Below are positions 11,683-24,493 of a DNA stretch of 64,000 nt, piece by piece. The position numbers were made by a program, and so were the translations under genes. How positions within the stretch are numbered: the stretch's first letter is position 1; each line of letters begins with the position of its first letter. The stretch comes from Gekko japonicus (taxonomy: Eukaryota). The notes below the pieces were generated by a model. The model was not told where the DNA came from and ran no database searches. It saw only the letters and a program-made list of their open reading frames with translations. The stretch is taken from the NCBI RefSeq assembly GCF_001447785.1, contig NW_015169845.1:118872-182871 (forward strand), written 5' to 3'.

Positions 11683-11830
11683 TATTAGTTGTTGTAGATT
11701 TTCCGGGCTGTATGGCTGTGGTCTTGGCATTGTACCTGTTTGTAGTACTACAATGCCAAGAGCACGGCCATACAGCCCAGAAAACCTACAACAACTAATG
11801 AACTCCGGCTGCGAAAGCCTTCGACAACAA
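11683..11830. mobile_element. Penelope-like inverted terminal pair
   Basis: About 50-bp inverted repeat (ATTAGTTGTTGTAG..GGCATTGTA / TACAATGCC..CTACAACAACTAAT) followed by GAAAGCCTTCGACA. Confidence 0.6.
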
Positions 11831-14019
11831 GCTAGAACTTGTTGGTTGGCACCCAGCTGTGATTTCAAAGTAGATTTTATAGTTTGTGATCTCTCTGCAT
11901 CTTGAGATTCTTTACGCCATTTAAATTCATAAACTGAAGTTTGTTAGCCGCGTCCCTCATGGCTGCCTGACAACAGGGATCAGAGCACAAAGGAAAATGT
12001 TCTCCTGCTAAGAAGCAAGAAAATAACACACCAAAACAGATACACAAACCAGGATTCATTTGTTGGACACACCACAGTTTTCTATGAGACCTGGATGCAG
12101 CCAGCTCTTGCCAAGAATGTCAAGACTGGCAATAGTGGGCAAGGTCTATGACCAACTCAGTGGCACAGTAGCTGGTTTAATTATCCAACCTTCCAATATC
12201 ATACTGACTGTAATCCCCTTTATTAACTAAATTCACTTCATTTTTTTTGGTTAGCGATTCTCTCCTCTGTCTCATTATTCAAAGAGTCCTGAGCACCATG
12301 TCTCTGATCTCCTGTTAAAGCCAGGATTATCCACACTCTCTTTCTCATCTTATTCCTCTCTTATCAATCACACTCTCTTTCTCATCTTATTCCTGCAGTC
12401 CTTTCCTTCCCTCCTCTCTGTTCTACTCTCATTTGATGACTGACCCTGGCCAGATAATATGAAACTTCTTAGTGAATTCTGCTTCAAGAGTTTCACACTG
12501 GTGTCTCCCTTTGAAGTTATTTTGTTGAAGGATGGCAGCTTTCATGGTAGCAGTGCAGATTGAAATGTTCCCCTACTGATTTCTGAGTATCGTGATTTCA
12601 AATGTCAGATTTGCACATCCATTCTTTTCTGTAGGCAGCGACCTATTTGTCCAAGATAAATAGCAGAAAGGCATTGTGTTGATTCATTATGGGACGTACT
12701 ACTTTGGAAAATGAATGAATTAATGAGCCAGAGACAATACTGCTGAAGTTATTAGATCCTGTGAGCATGTTGCCTGAGTGTATATGGGGAAACAGTTGGC
12801 ATCTTGTAAGAGATGTAACAGTTTTTGAAATCTTGAAGCAATGGAAAAAATATTTTTCCTAGATGGTCTTTTGTTGTTGTTGTTGCTGTAACAGCATAAA
12901 GTATCATTTATCACATATATAGCATATTAAGTTGTACTCCTTTGGCATATTTTGAGAAAATAAAAGCATAAATACCCTGTTTTCTACAAGCAAAAAGGAG
13001 CTGCTGACTACACTGCACCCTGTGCTAACACAGTTGCCTTATACTGAATCAGTCGATTGAAGTCAGTATTGCCTACACAATGGCAGTGCCTCTCCAAGGT
13101 CTCAGGCAGGGGTGTTTCACATCACCTACCACCTGAGCTCTTCAACAGTGGAATCAGCTGCCTAGGGAGGTGGTGAGCTCCCCCTCAGTAGCAGTCTTTA
13201 AGCAGCCTCTGGAGAAACACTTGTCAGGGATGCTCTAGGCTGATCCTGATTCACTCAATGAAATTGCTGAGCGGTCGGGTTAGAACAGATAAAACTTTTT
13301 AAAATATTCCTAAAACTTCTTAGACATGTAAGAATACTGCAAGTTCATATCTCTTTTGCTCAAGATTAGGTCTGTGCTAAGCCTTCGCTCCCAAGCCATG
13401 CATTTGCTGTTCTTATATTGCTCAAGCTTTCTTTTTAGAAAATCGAAATCTGGCCCATTTATTTTTACTTCTACAGCAGTGAAATATTTGTGTAGATTTG
13501 CACTGCTGAATAAAGTATGCTAAATAGTTCAGCAGATGCATTTAATTCCATTACATATTGATCTAAACGCTGAGACATTGGTGTAAATAAGCAATATTTT
13601 ACAAGTAAAATTAGATAATATAATGATGGGTGTTAAGACCTCAAATTCTGTGGAAAATTATAGTTATGATTATGCTTTAGATACAACTGCATGGGAACAC
13701 AACTGCATCCACACCCAGCTCTTCTGCACCAGGCACCTTTGCCACCTTGCAGCTGGTCTGCCACCTTTGTCTTGTCTAGAAGCTGGATTTGGCCACAGCA
13801 CACAAAGTTGTTAGATGGGGGGTGTAGCGTGGGGGTGGGGGGGTAGAGACAGGGGCCAATGAGCAGCCTGGGCACCCAAGCATGATGGGCTCAGAGGCAA
13901 TGGCTGGAAGAACACTCCATAAACAAGGAGGCATCCAAAGACACACCCAGACTCCTAACGGAGTGTGCTGGTATTAGCAACACCCTGCCCCAACCCCGAA
14001 CCCTGAAGCCCTCCCAACC

Positions 14020-15495
14020 AGCCTCTGTCTTTCCTGGATTCAGTCTCCGCCTGCTCTTAACTATCCTGCCATGTCCTCCAAACCCTCAGCCAGATGTTGT
14101 GGGGTGATATCTGGATGGCTGTCCAAGAGCAGATACAGCGGGTGTCATCCGCATATTGGTGACACCCAAGCCTGAAACTTCCAGCCAGGTGGGCGAGGGG
14201 ATGCATGCAGATGTTAAACAGCATCAGGGACAGGACTGCCTCCTGAGGAACCCCACATAACAGTGGGTACCTAGAGGATGTCTCTCCCCCCAGTGCTACC
14301 CTCTGTCCCTGACTGCGGAGAAATGAGGAAAGCCATTGCAAGGCTACCCCATGGATCCCCACGTTGGCGAGGTGGTGGGTCAAAAGATCCGTGTCAAACC
14401 GTGTCAAACACTGCCATAAGGTCAAGTAACAACAGCAATGCTGACCCACCTCAATCCAGCTACCTACGGAGATAAGCTGTTAGGGCGACCAACACTGTCT
14501 CCATCCCATGGCCTGGGCAAAAGCCAGACTGGAATGAATCCAATGTCGATGTGTCATCACTAGCCATGAGGGATACGGGTCTAGGAGGTATGTGGTTAGC
14601 CGCACAGCTCCCAGGATCCTGTCAACATCAGCAGGGGAGAGCAAGTTGAAGGTGTCTAAAACTGAATCAAAACCAAGGGCCCTCCAGTTCACTTACTATA
14701 TCAATATTGGTGGGCAGGTCACAGCAGAGCGACGAGACTTTATTTGCAAAAAAGCCCACAAAAGCCTCACAGCTAATGGTCGAATTCCTACTTTTGGGGG
14801 TCGCCCTAGAGAGGGACGTCAATTGGCAAACTACCAAAATAATTGTGCCGGGCGTGAGCTTGCGGATGTGATGGAGAACGAGTAGAATTCCTTCTTTCCA
14901 GCCTTCATTGCCACCTCATGGGACCTCATAAACATCCTAAAGGATGCTCTTGTAGCTTTGTTGAGAACACGCTGACAAACTTGCTAAAGTTGTCTGAGTT
15001 CCCGCTTCATCCCCCTGAGTTCTTTTGTACACGAGGGGGACATCCAACCATGGGAACAGAGAGGATTGGGGGGGGGGGACGACCTCATCAGGTTCAGAGA
15101 GACGGACACTCCAGTCCTCTACCAGCTCATCTAATGAAGCACCGGAGGCATTGGATCCCGCAGAACATTCTGGAAACCAATTGGCTCCTCTGCAGGCTAG
15201 CATAAATCCACTTGCTACCTAGACAAGTGGGAGCCAAAACACCCAGACGGGCCTTCAGGACCAGGTGGTCTGACCATGGCACCTCCTCCTATGAGGTCAG
15301 ATCCACCTTCGTCCCCATGCTAAAGATCAAATCCAGGGTGTGGCCTGCCTGATGCATGGGGGCCTGATACAAGTTGGGACAGCCTGAGTGCTGCCATGGA
15401 AGACACTAGATCCGAAGCCTGATTAGTGGAGTGGTTCCATCTGCATGGATGCTGAAGTCCCCAAGAATCAATAATCTTGGGAAATCAAAAGCCCA
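14020..15495 (-). mobile_element. Decayed L2 LINE (endonuclease to RT fragment)
   Basis: ALQWLSSFLR..QRV..CGVPQ..LFNI..HQYADDT. The upstream part gives HAxGHTLDLIF and SDH endonuclease-like motifs; frameshifted. Confidence 0.85.
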
Positions 15496-15500
15496 CAGAG

Positions 15501-15672
15501 CAGTGTTCCCTCTAAGCTGGGTTATTGTGAGATAGCTCACAGTTTTTTAGCCACTGGCTCACATATTTTTGTCTTAGCTCAGGAAGGATGGCAATAGCCA
15601 AATTGCTTGCTCACAACTTTAATGCTAGTAACTCACAAAGTAGAATCTTTGCTCACAAGACTCCACAGCTTG
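15501..15672. mobile_element. hAT-type MITE (CAGTGTTCCCTCTAAG family), right end degraded
   Basis: Left TIR and internal sequence match 9410-9615. Confidence 0.75.
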
Positions 15673-15689
15673 GACGGACTGTTGCCCTT

Positions 15690-16600
15690 GAGCCACCATT
15701 TTGACTGCATCTCTTCCTGCACTCTGAGCACTCAAAATGGCTTCTCCTCTGTATGGGGTCTTTGATGCTGTTGAAGAGTGCCACTCTGACTTGAAAACAA
15801 AATTGAAAACAGATCAGCCAGTATCATAATGCCCCTGTATAAATCAATGGTGCACCCTCATTTGGAATACTGTATACGGTTCTGGCCACCACACCTCAAA
15901 AAGGATATTATAGCATTGGAAAAAGTGCAGAAAAGGGCAACCAGAATGATAAAAGGGTTGGAACACTTTCCCTATGAAGAAAGATTAAAGTGCTTAGGGC
16001 TCTTTAGCTTGGAGAAACGACGGCTGACATGATCGAGGTTTATAAGATTATGCATGGGACAGAGCAGGTAGATAAAGAAGTACTTTTCTCTCTTTCTCAC
16101 AATACAAGAACTCGTGGGCACTCAATAAAATTGCTGAGTAGTTGGGTTAAAACAGACAAAAGGAAGTATTTCTTCACCCAAAGAGTGATTAACACATGGA
16201 ATTCACTGCCAAAGGAGGTGGTGGCAGCTACAAGCATGGATGGCTTCAAGAGGGAATCAGATAAACATATGGAGCAGAGATTCATCAGTGGCTATTAGCC
16301 ACAAGATATAGATAGGAACTCTGGAGCAAGTGATGCACTGTATTTTTGGTGCTTGGGTGGGGGGGACAACAGTGGGAGGGCTTCTAGTGTCCTGGCCCCA
16401 CTGGTGGACTTCCTGATGGCACCTGGTATTTTTGGCAGAGTGTTGAACTGGATGGGCCATTGGCCTGATCCAACATTGGCTTCTCTCATGTTCTTATGAC
16501 TTAATCACTTCCCACACTCTAAGTATTCAGAAAAATTCACCTATGTGGGTTTGTTGATGGTGTTGAGGAGCACCACTCTGACTGAATCTCTTCCTACACT
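15690..16600 (-). pseudogene. Fossil C2H2 fingers beyond the stop codon of gene B, split by a CR1
   Basis: After a frameshift: [34 protein letters not shown] | CR1 | [27 protein letters not shown]. Confidence 0.8.
15793..16496 (+). mobile_element. CR1 LINE 3' fragment
   Basis: [58 protein letters not shown] tail and TSD TGACTT. Confidence 0.92.
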
Positions 16601-18765
16601 CTAAACATTCAAAGGGCTTCTCTCTGTGTGGGTTCGTTGATGCTTTAGAAGAGTGCCACTCAAACTGAATCTCTTCCCACACTCAGAACATTCAAAAGGC
16701 TTCACCCCTGTGTGGGTTCTTTGATGCTCTTGAAGAGTGGCACTCCGAGTGAACATTTTCCCACACTCTGAGCATTGAAAGGGCTTCTCCCCTGTGTGGG
16801 TTTGTTGATGCTGTTGAAGAGTGCCACTGTGACAAAATCTCTTCCCACACTCTGAGCATTCAAAGGGCTTCTCCCCTGTGGGGGTTCGTTGATACTGTTG
16901 AAGAGTCCCACTCTGTCTGAATCTCTTCCCACACTCTGAGCATTCAAAGGCCTTCTCCCCTGTGTGGGTTTGTTGATACTGTTGAAAAGTCCCACTGTGA
17001 CTTAATCTCTTCCCACACTCTGAGCATTCAAAAGGCTTCTCCCCTGTGTGCGTTCGTTGATGATGTTGAAGAGTGCAACGCCAACTGAATCTCTTCCCAC
17101 ACTCTGAGCATTCAAAGGGATTCTCCCCTGTGTGGGTTCGTTGATGCTGCTGAAGAGTGCATCTCCACCTGAATCTCTTTCCACAGTCTGAGCATTCAAA
17201 AAGCTTCTCCCCTGTGTGGTTTTGTCGATGATGACGAAAAGTGCATCTCCAACTCTGATTGAATGTCCTCCCACACACTGAGCATTCAAAAGGCTTCTCC
17301 CCTGTGTGGATTCTTTGATGTTCTTTCAAATGGCCACTCTCACTGAATCTCTTCCCACAGTCTGAGCATTCAAAAGGTTTCTCCCCTGTGTGGGTTCTTA
17401 GATGTCTTCGAAGGATGCTACTGGAACTGAATCTCTTTGCACACTCTGAGCATTCAAAGGGCTTCTCCCCTGTGTGTGTTCGTTGATGCTGTTGAAGAGG
17501 GCCATTCCAACTGAATCTCTTCTCACAGTCTAAGCATTCAAAGGTCTTCTCCCCTGTGTGGGTTCGTCGATGATGTCGAAGAGCACGACTCCAACAGAAT
17601 CGCTTCCCACACTCTGAGCATTCAAAGGGCTTCTCCCCTGTGTGGGTTCGCTGATGCTCTTGAAGAGTGTCTTTCCGACGAAACCTCTTCCCACACTCTG
17701 AGCATTTAAAGGGCTTCTCCCCTGTGTGGGTTCTTAGATGAATTTGAAGACCACCACTCTGACCGAATCTCTTCCCACACTCTGAGCATTCGAAGGGCTT
17801 AAAGGGCTTCTCCCCTGTGTGGGTTCTTAGATGAATTTGAAGACCACCACTCTGACCGAATCTCTTCCCACACTCTGAGCATTCAAAAGGCTTCTCCCCT
17901 GTGTGGATTCGTTGATGCTCTTTAAGATGGCCACTCCAACGGAATCTCTTCCCACACTCTGAACACTCAAAAGGCTTCTCCCCTGTGTGGGTTCTTTGAT
18001 GTTGTTGAAGACTGCCACTCCGACTGAATCTCTTCCCACAGTCTGAGCATTCAAAAGGCTTCTCTCCTGAGTGGGTTCTCTGATGCCGTTGAAGACTGCG
18101 ACTCCAACTGAATTTCTTCAGACTCTCTGCACATTGAAACGGTTTCATCCCTCTGTGGGTCTTTTGGTGCACAATGAGTTGTGATCTGTTTCTGAAGGAC
18201 TTTCCACACTGAAAGCATTTATGTGCCTTCATTATAATGGGTTTTGGAAAGCGTACATTACACTTTCTTCCGTCAGAGAACACCATTCCAGTCTCTGAAC
18301 AGATAAATCGCTTCTCTCCAGAGTGAAACCTTTGGTGCTGAACAAGGTCTGATTTCTCTGAGAAGTTCTTGTCACAATCTGAGCCCCAATAAGGTTTCTC
18401 GACTGAATGTGTTCCTTCATGTCGACAAAGCTCTGCTCTGTGAATCATGGTGTTTCCACTCTCCAAGCATTGATGAGTCTTCTTTTCAATGTGTATTTGT
18501 AAATGGACATCATATTGGGTTTGATCTGAGACATTCCTTCTGCACTCGAAGCCCTTGTTGGTTTCCTCTACCATGTGAATGACTTCTTGGAAATCCCCCC
18601 CTTGGCAAGGAATGGGTTTTCCCCTCTTCTTGACTACGTGGCTGCCTTTCTTCCTCTTAGATCTTCCTTGATTCCTGAAGTTTCCCCTCATGTTTCCATT
18701 CTGGATTTCATCGGAGGATAGAGCATGCAGTTCCTCATCCTCCTCGTTCCACTGATGATCCGCTG
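16601..18765 (-). CDS. Gene B terminal C2H2 zinc-finger exon (about 15 canonical, 1 elongated and about 7 degenerate fingers)
   Basis: 733-aa ORF with TGEKP-linked CxxC..HxxxH repeats. Acceptor ctttattccag, phase 1 matching the KRAB exon. Spliced CDS 423+121+71+127+2165 = 2907 nt (968 aa). Confidence 0.95.
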
Positions 18766-19199
18766 CTGGAATAAAGAGAGAGATCCTTTTAGAACCACAC
18801 AAGGAGATCTAATCTGCACCTGAATTTCCATCCACACTCCAAATCTTTCAGTGGCCTCAGTACATTAAGTTTCCTGCATCAGAGATACTTGTTTGGGACT
18901 ATATATAGGTTCCCCACCTGTTTGACTTCTTAGATGTGAAGTATGAAGAAATGCACCTTGGGATGGAGGTTTGAAAAGAACAAGACCTTCATTCTGAGTT
19001 TTAAAGTTTTTTCTCTCTGGGCAGAGAGCGGGCAAGAGACAATGGGATAGTCAAGTTCTCACCTCCCACCTCTAAGCAGGGAACACAGATCTGGAGGAAT
19101 AACGGTTAGAAAGGATTCAGGTAGAAACTCCAGGAGACTTCAGGGAAAGCCTTTTTGACCCAGCCTGACCTAATCATTGAGTAGGGGGAAAGAGATGAT

Positions 19200-19606
19200 A
19201 AGAAGGACCCTTCCGCCTCATGAAGTAAAGACTGTTCCCACTGAAGCTCTTTCCACACTACAAGCAATTATACAGTTTATCTCCTAAAGGAATTGGCGTC
19301 TGTGAACTCGGACTGATGGTCTTTGCAAAGGCCACACTTTCATTTCCCTTTTTCCCTGGAGTGGATTTTCTGGTCAGCACACAGGCCTTTTTCCCCTTCT
19401 TTTTTCGATTGACCTTTATTCTTGGGCTGGGAATCCATAGATTCCTCCTTGGCAAGGAATGGGCTTATCACTCTTCTTCCCTTCGTGGCTTTCCTCCTGC
19501 CTCTGCGGTCCATCTAAATCTTCAAATTTTCTTTCAGCATCTTTATTCTTGGCATTTTCTAAAGAGAATCCCTGGAATCCCCCTGGTACATCCCCTACAT
19601 CTGCTG
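19200..19606 (-). pseudogene. Decayed duplicate of the zinc-finger terminal exon
   Basis: Same ttccag|CAGC acceptor and KPIPCQGG motif as the 18765 exon, stop at 19416, then a remnant GDKLYNCL*CGKSFSG. Confidence 0.75.
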
Positions 19607-20010
19607 CTGGAATTAAAAAAAGAGATTCCAGCAGCACCCAAGCAAGAAGCTAAACCAACAGTCAGGCCCTGTTCATGAATAGGTGTGTAATTCCTTGGTC
19701 AAATCTTCTTTCCACTGTTGGTCACACCTTATCCCCGCCAGGCCCTCCTGTAGGGCTGAGTTCATATTCTGCCTATCCCTCCCCCACCCCTCTCTGTATG
19801 TACTTCATGGGGGAAAGATTTGTTCCCCCGCTAGTCCCAGTTGACAACCTGTGCAGCTCTTTGTTTCTCTATTCTTGATGATTAAATACAAGAAGTTATC
19901 AAGATATCCAGTCCTGCAACTACACAGAGAGTGTCCTTCTAGATGTGATGAGAGCCAAGAGGGAGCTGGTTTTCAGCCTCCTCAAAGTACAAGTTTGTTA
20001 TGGGGCAGTG

Positions 20011-20294
20011 AGAAGAAGAAGAAGAAGAGATTGGATTTATACCCCGCCCTTCACTTGGAGTCTCAGAGCAGCTTACAAACTCCTTTCCCTTCCCCTCCCC
20101 ACAACAGACACCCTGTGAGGTAGGTAGGGCTGAGAGAAGTCTGGCACAAACTGCTCTTTTCAAAGGACAGCTGTGCCAGAGCTTGTGACTGACCCAAGGT
20201 CACATCAGCAGGTGCAAGTGGAGGAGTGGGGAATCAAACCCGGTTCTCCCAGATTAGAGTCCGCACACTTAACCACTGCACCAAACTGGCTCTC
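20011..20294 (-). mobile_element. tRNA-headed SINE, full length
   Basis: (GAA)n tail and head GAGAGCCAGTTTGGTGCAGTGGTTAAG on the minus strand; absent at the paralogous site near 525. Confidence 0.85.
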
Positions 20295-20968
20295 AGGAGA
20301 AGCCAGGAGCTGAAGAAGACAACCCTACAATTGAACAAGGGACCCCCCATGGTATTTGAAAAGGTGCCATTTCTTAGGGAGGCATGTAATGTCCAGTGAG
20401 AAAGGCAACCCTGCAGTCTAGGGCCACCTATACTCAGAGCCACTTTCCTGCTATCTCTGAGACATCCTCTGGGCCTTGGCTGGGCCTGTCTATTGTCTAA
20501 TGCGCAGCCCTGTCTGAATCATCCTGGCATTTCTGCCTTTCCTTGAAGCTCAGAGTCAGCCTGTCTCTCTGGAAACAAGTGTATCTTATGTCCAGCAAGA
20601 GATAGTCAGACGACTGGCTTACCAGGCTTCAAGGTCATTTTGTGGTTATAAAATGTCACAGTAGAGAAAAGCCCTCTGGAAATCTGCCCTAGAGGAACAC
20701 GCAGTGCCGAAAAGTCCAGATACGACCCCAGAAGAGTCTGTCCTGTTCCATCCTCCCCAAACTTTGCAACACACGGCTAATATGCAGATATGCACGGGGT
20801 GAGCATGACCACATTGATGGAAAGGAAGTGTGGGGGAGTCAGTCTGGGCACAGGGGGAGACAGTGCTGGCCGGTCTTGGAGAAACCTGGGCATGGGGGCA
20901 TGCTGACTGGACAGGTGTACCTGGCTTTCTTTCTCTGTGTGTGTGTGTCTGTCTGTTTTTCTGCGGTA

Positions 20969-21447
20969 ATACGGAGAACAAGAAAAACTGTGAAAAAGTG
21001 ACGCTTAATATATATCTTTAAAGACTCATGGGGAAATGAACAAAAATAGTATACATAATCATAGAAAAATATATTGACGGTGATCTCCGGAATGTCTTGG
21101 CCATTTTGAAGGAAGATCTTCTTCTGAAGAAAGATGTAGGACAAAAACTGTCTCTCATTAATTCGTATCCTCTGGTGACGTCTCACAATTAGCAAGGAAG
21201 ATTTTCAATGTTCATAACAGATGAAATGTATAGTAGAACCTGCCATAGGCTAAGATGATTGTAATTACTTCCTTCGAAACGGCAAGACATTCCGGAGATC
21301 ACCGTCAATATATTTTTCTATGATTATGTATACTATTTTTGTTCATTTTTCCATGACTCTTTAAAGATACAAATTAAGCGTCACTTTTTCACAGTTTTTC
21401 TTGTTCTTCGTATTATCTTATTACTGTGCCAATCAATTGTTATTACA
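20969..21447. mobile_element. Fold-back insertion with about 147-bp inverted arms (Penelope-like or MULE-like)
   Basis: Arms 20968-21115 and 21268-21414. Flanking duplication TCTGT(T/A)TTTCTGCGGTA. Empty site near 1130. Confidence 0.8.
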
Positions 21448-22771
21448 TCTGTATTTCTGCGGTAGACACTTTCCTGCCTCAAGGGGGTGAAAGGGACTTA
21501 GCCTTTGGGAAGGAGTTGGTTTCTAGCCTCTTTGGGAGACCGGGGGTGGCTACAGGGCTTTCCCTATTGGGTTGTACCTCTACCAACTGTGCTTCAATGG
21601 AGAACTTGCCTCTGTGTTTACTGGATTGACAGTAGTGCAGAATTCCACCCCCTTGGGGTAAGGACCGTTCCCCTGCGCCACAACAGAGGGTGCTGTGTGG
21701 TTTGGCTGAAGCTGGTTCCCCTTGGGTTGCAGTGTTAGCTGGTGGGACTGTCTGCTGCAGGCCACCCCTGCAAGGTAGAACAGCTCCAAAGACAGCACTC
21801 AGATCCATCTCCTCCTAAGGAATGAAGGCATCCAAGAGCAGTAGGAAAGGGTTGCTGTGCTTTTTGGCCTTGTCCAGCAGGGGTGTTCTTAGGTAACGCT
21901 CCCTCCCCTCAGAATATCCAGCATTTCAGGAGAGTGCAGGCCCTCAACAGCCACAGCTGAGCTCAGCCCCAGAAGGAGCTCCCAAATCTCCACATCCCAG
22001 GCCCAGAAGGCCTCCCTCCCTCCTAACCTAGTGGGCCTGATCATTCCACCAAACCAAGAGTTGCCCAGAAGGGAAGAGGAAAGGTCCCCCTGCTATCCCT
22101 GGCCCATTCCTAACCATGAAGGATACACACCAGCAGGCAGCTCATATGGGAAAGAAAGAGTCTCTTGAGATCTCCCTGAGAAACTCTCCAGCCATTCTTC
22201 AGACACAAGGCCTTCTTCGCTCTCCACCGTTGTCTCTCTTACATTCCTGGCTTCTTTGGCAGAGAGACAGAAAGTGATCATTCTTATACGAGGAAGAAAA
22301 GAAGCCCAAAGAAGAAGAAAAATTTGTCTGGAAGGATGGAACCGTGGTCAAAATCAAAGCCCCAAATCCCAACCAGAATAAAGGAGATGGATCCTTTCCT
22401 GATCGCAGTCAGAGCGGATGCCTGTAATCCCCTCTGGGGCAAGGGCATGTGGTAGAGGTTGGCCACTGAGACATCGGGATCTGGCCCCTTCCAAAGTCTT
22501 TCTGGGGGCCTCTCAGCCCCGCCTTGGCCACAGGCCAGGGCACCCTCTCTGGTCTGGGTGATAGCCACATCACTGGCCTCAGTTGCCCCTGGATCAGCTG
22601 GGGGGTTGGGTCCCTCTCTCAAGCCATGCTGAGCATTGCTTTCACTGCCACCCCAAGTCCTGGAGGCCTCCAGTGGGGGGCATGTAATTTGGCAGGCCTC
22701 AAAAACACATATTTTCAATATTTTGATTCATGCATCATCCCAGTTGCAGCAATTGGCACCTTTGGCACCTA

Positions 22772-23035
<264 letters not shown>

Positions 23036-23125
23036 TCAGAGCCTCTCTTGCTCGGACAGCTGGAGCAAAGGCGTCCCTGAGAAAGGAGCGGGGCTCGACT
23101 GTCCCCCAATTATCCCCCAAAGTAC

Positions 23126-23196
23126 CTGGACAAGAGGAGGAGCAGACATTTGTGCTGCACTGGAAAGATGACGGCTTGACAGCATCTCTTCATGGC
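23126..23196 (-). CDS. Gene B linker exon (GHEEMLSSRHLSSAAQMSAPPLVQ)
   Basis: 71 bp, cttgcag/gtactt, phase-compatible with neighbours. Confidence 0.82.
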
Positions 23197-23312
23197 CTGC
23201 AAGAGAGAGAATGCTGGATGAATTTTAGCCTTGATTTTTTATTTTGTTAAATTTGTAATGATTCTTATTAAACTATTGGAGAGGTGGAAGAGAAGCATCA
23301 GGTACCCTTGTG

Positions 23313-24493
23313 AATAAAAAACTGGCTAATTAATAGGAAACAGACAGTGAGTATAAATGGGCAATTTTCTCAGTGGAGGGTGGTAAGCAGTGGGGTACCG
23401 CAGGGCTCAGTACTGGGTCCGATGCTTTTTAACTTATTCATTAATGATTTGCAGTTGGAAGTAAGCAGTGAAGTGGCTAAATTTGCGGATGACATGAAAT
23501 TGTTCAGGGTGGTGAGAACCAGGGAGGACTGTAAGGCACTCCAAAGAGATCTGTCAAGGATGGGGGAGTGGGCATCAACGTGGCAAATGGGGTTCAGTGT
23601 GGCCAAGAGCAAAGGGATGCACATTTGGGCCAAAAATCCTAACTATAAATACACGTTGATGGGGTCCCAACTGGCAGAGACTAACCAAGAGAGAGATCTT
23701 GGAGTCGTAGTAGATAACTCACTAAAAATGTTGAGACAGTGTGCGACGGCAATAAAAAAGGCCAACGCTATGCTGGGGATTATTAGGAATGGAACTGAAA
23801 ACAAATCAGCCAGTATCATAATGCCGCTATATAAATCAATGGTGCGACCTCATTTGGAATACTGTGTGCAATTCTGGTCACCACACCTTAAAAAGGATAT
23901 TATAGCTTTGAAAAAAGTGCAGAAAAGCAACTAGAATGATAAAAGAGTTGGAACACTTTCCCTATGAGGAAAGGTTAAAGCCCTTGGGGCCCTTTAGCTT
24001 GGAGAAATGATGACTGAGGGGTGACATGATCGAGGTTTATAAGATTATGCATGGGATAGATCAGGTAGAGAAAGAAGTACTTTTCTCTCTTTCTCACAAT
24101 ACAAGAACTCGTGGGCACTGAATGAAATTGCTGAGCGGTCGGGTTAGAACAGATAAAAGGAAGTACTTCTTCACCCAAAGAGTGATTCACACATGGAATT
24201 CACTGCCACAGGAAGTCGTGGCGGCTACAAGCATGGATGGCTTCAAGAGGGAATTGGATAAACATATGGAGCAGAGGTCCATCAGTGGCTATTAGCCACA
24301 AGGTATAGATAGGGACTCTGGGGCAAGTGATGCACTGTATTTTTGGTGCTTGGGGGGCAACAGTGGGAGGGCTTCTAGTGTCCTGGCCCCACTGGTAGAT
24401 CTCCTGATGGCACCTGGTATTTCTGGCCACTGTGTAACAGAGTGTTGGATGGACCATCGGCCTGATTCAACATTGGCTTCTCTCATGTTCTTA
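23313..24493 (+). mobile_element. CR1 LINE 5'-truncated copy
   Basis: SGVPQGSVLGPMLFNLFINDL..KFADD RT core through to the 3' tail; absent from the gene A intron. Confidence 0.93.

Noticed and set aside
16601-18230. Regular 84-bp repeats resembling a CRISPR or satellite array
   Set aside because: They are C2H2 finger coding repeats; the alternative-frame ORFs (MNAQSVGRD..) are shadows of the same repeats.
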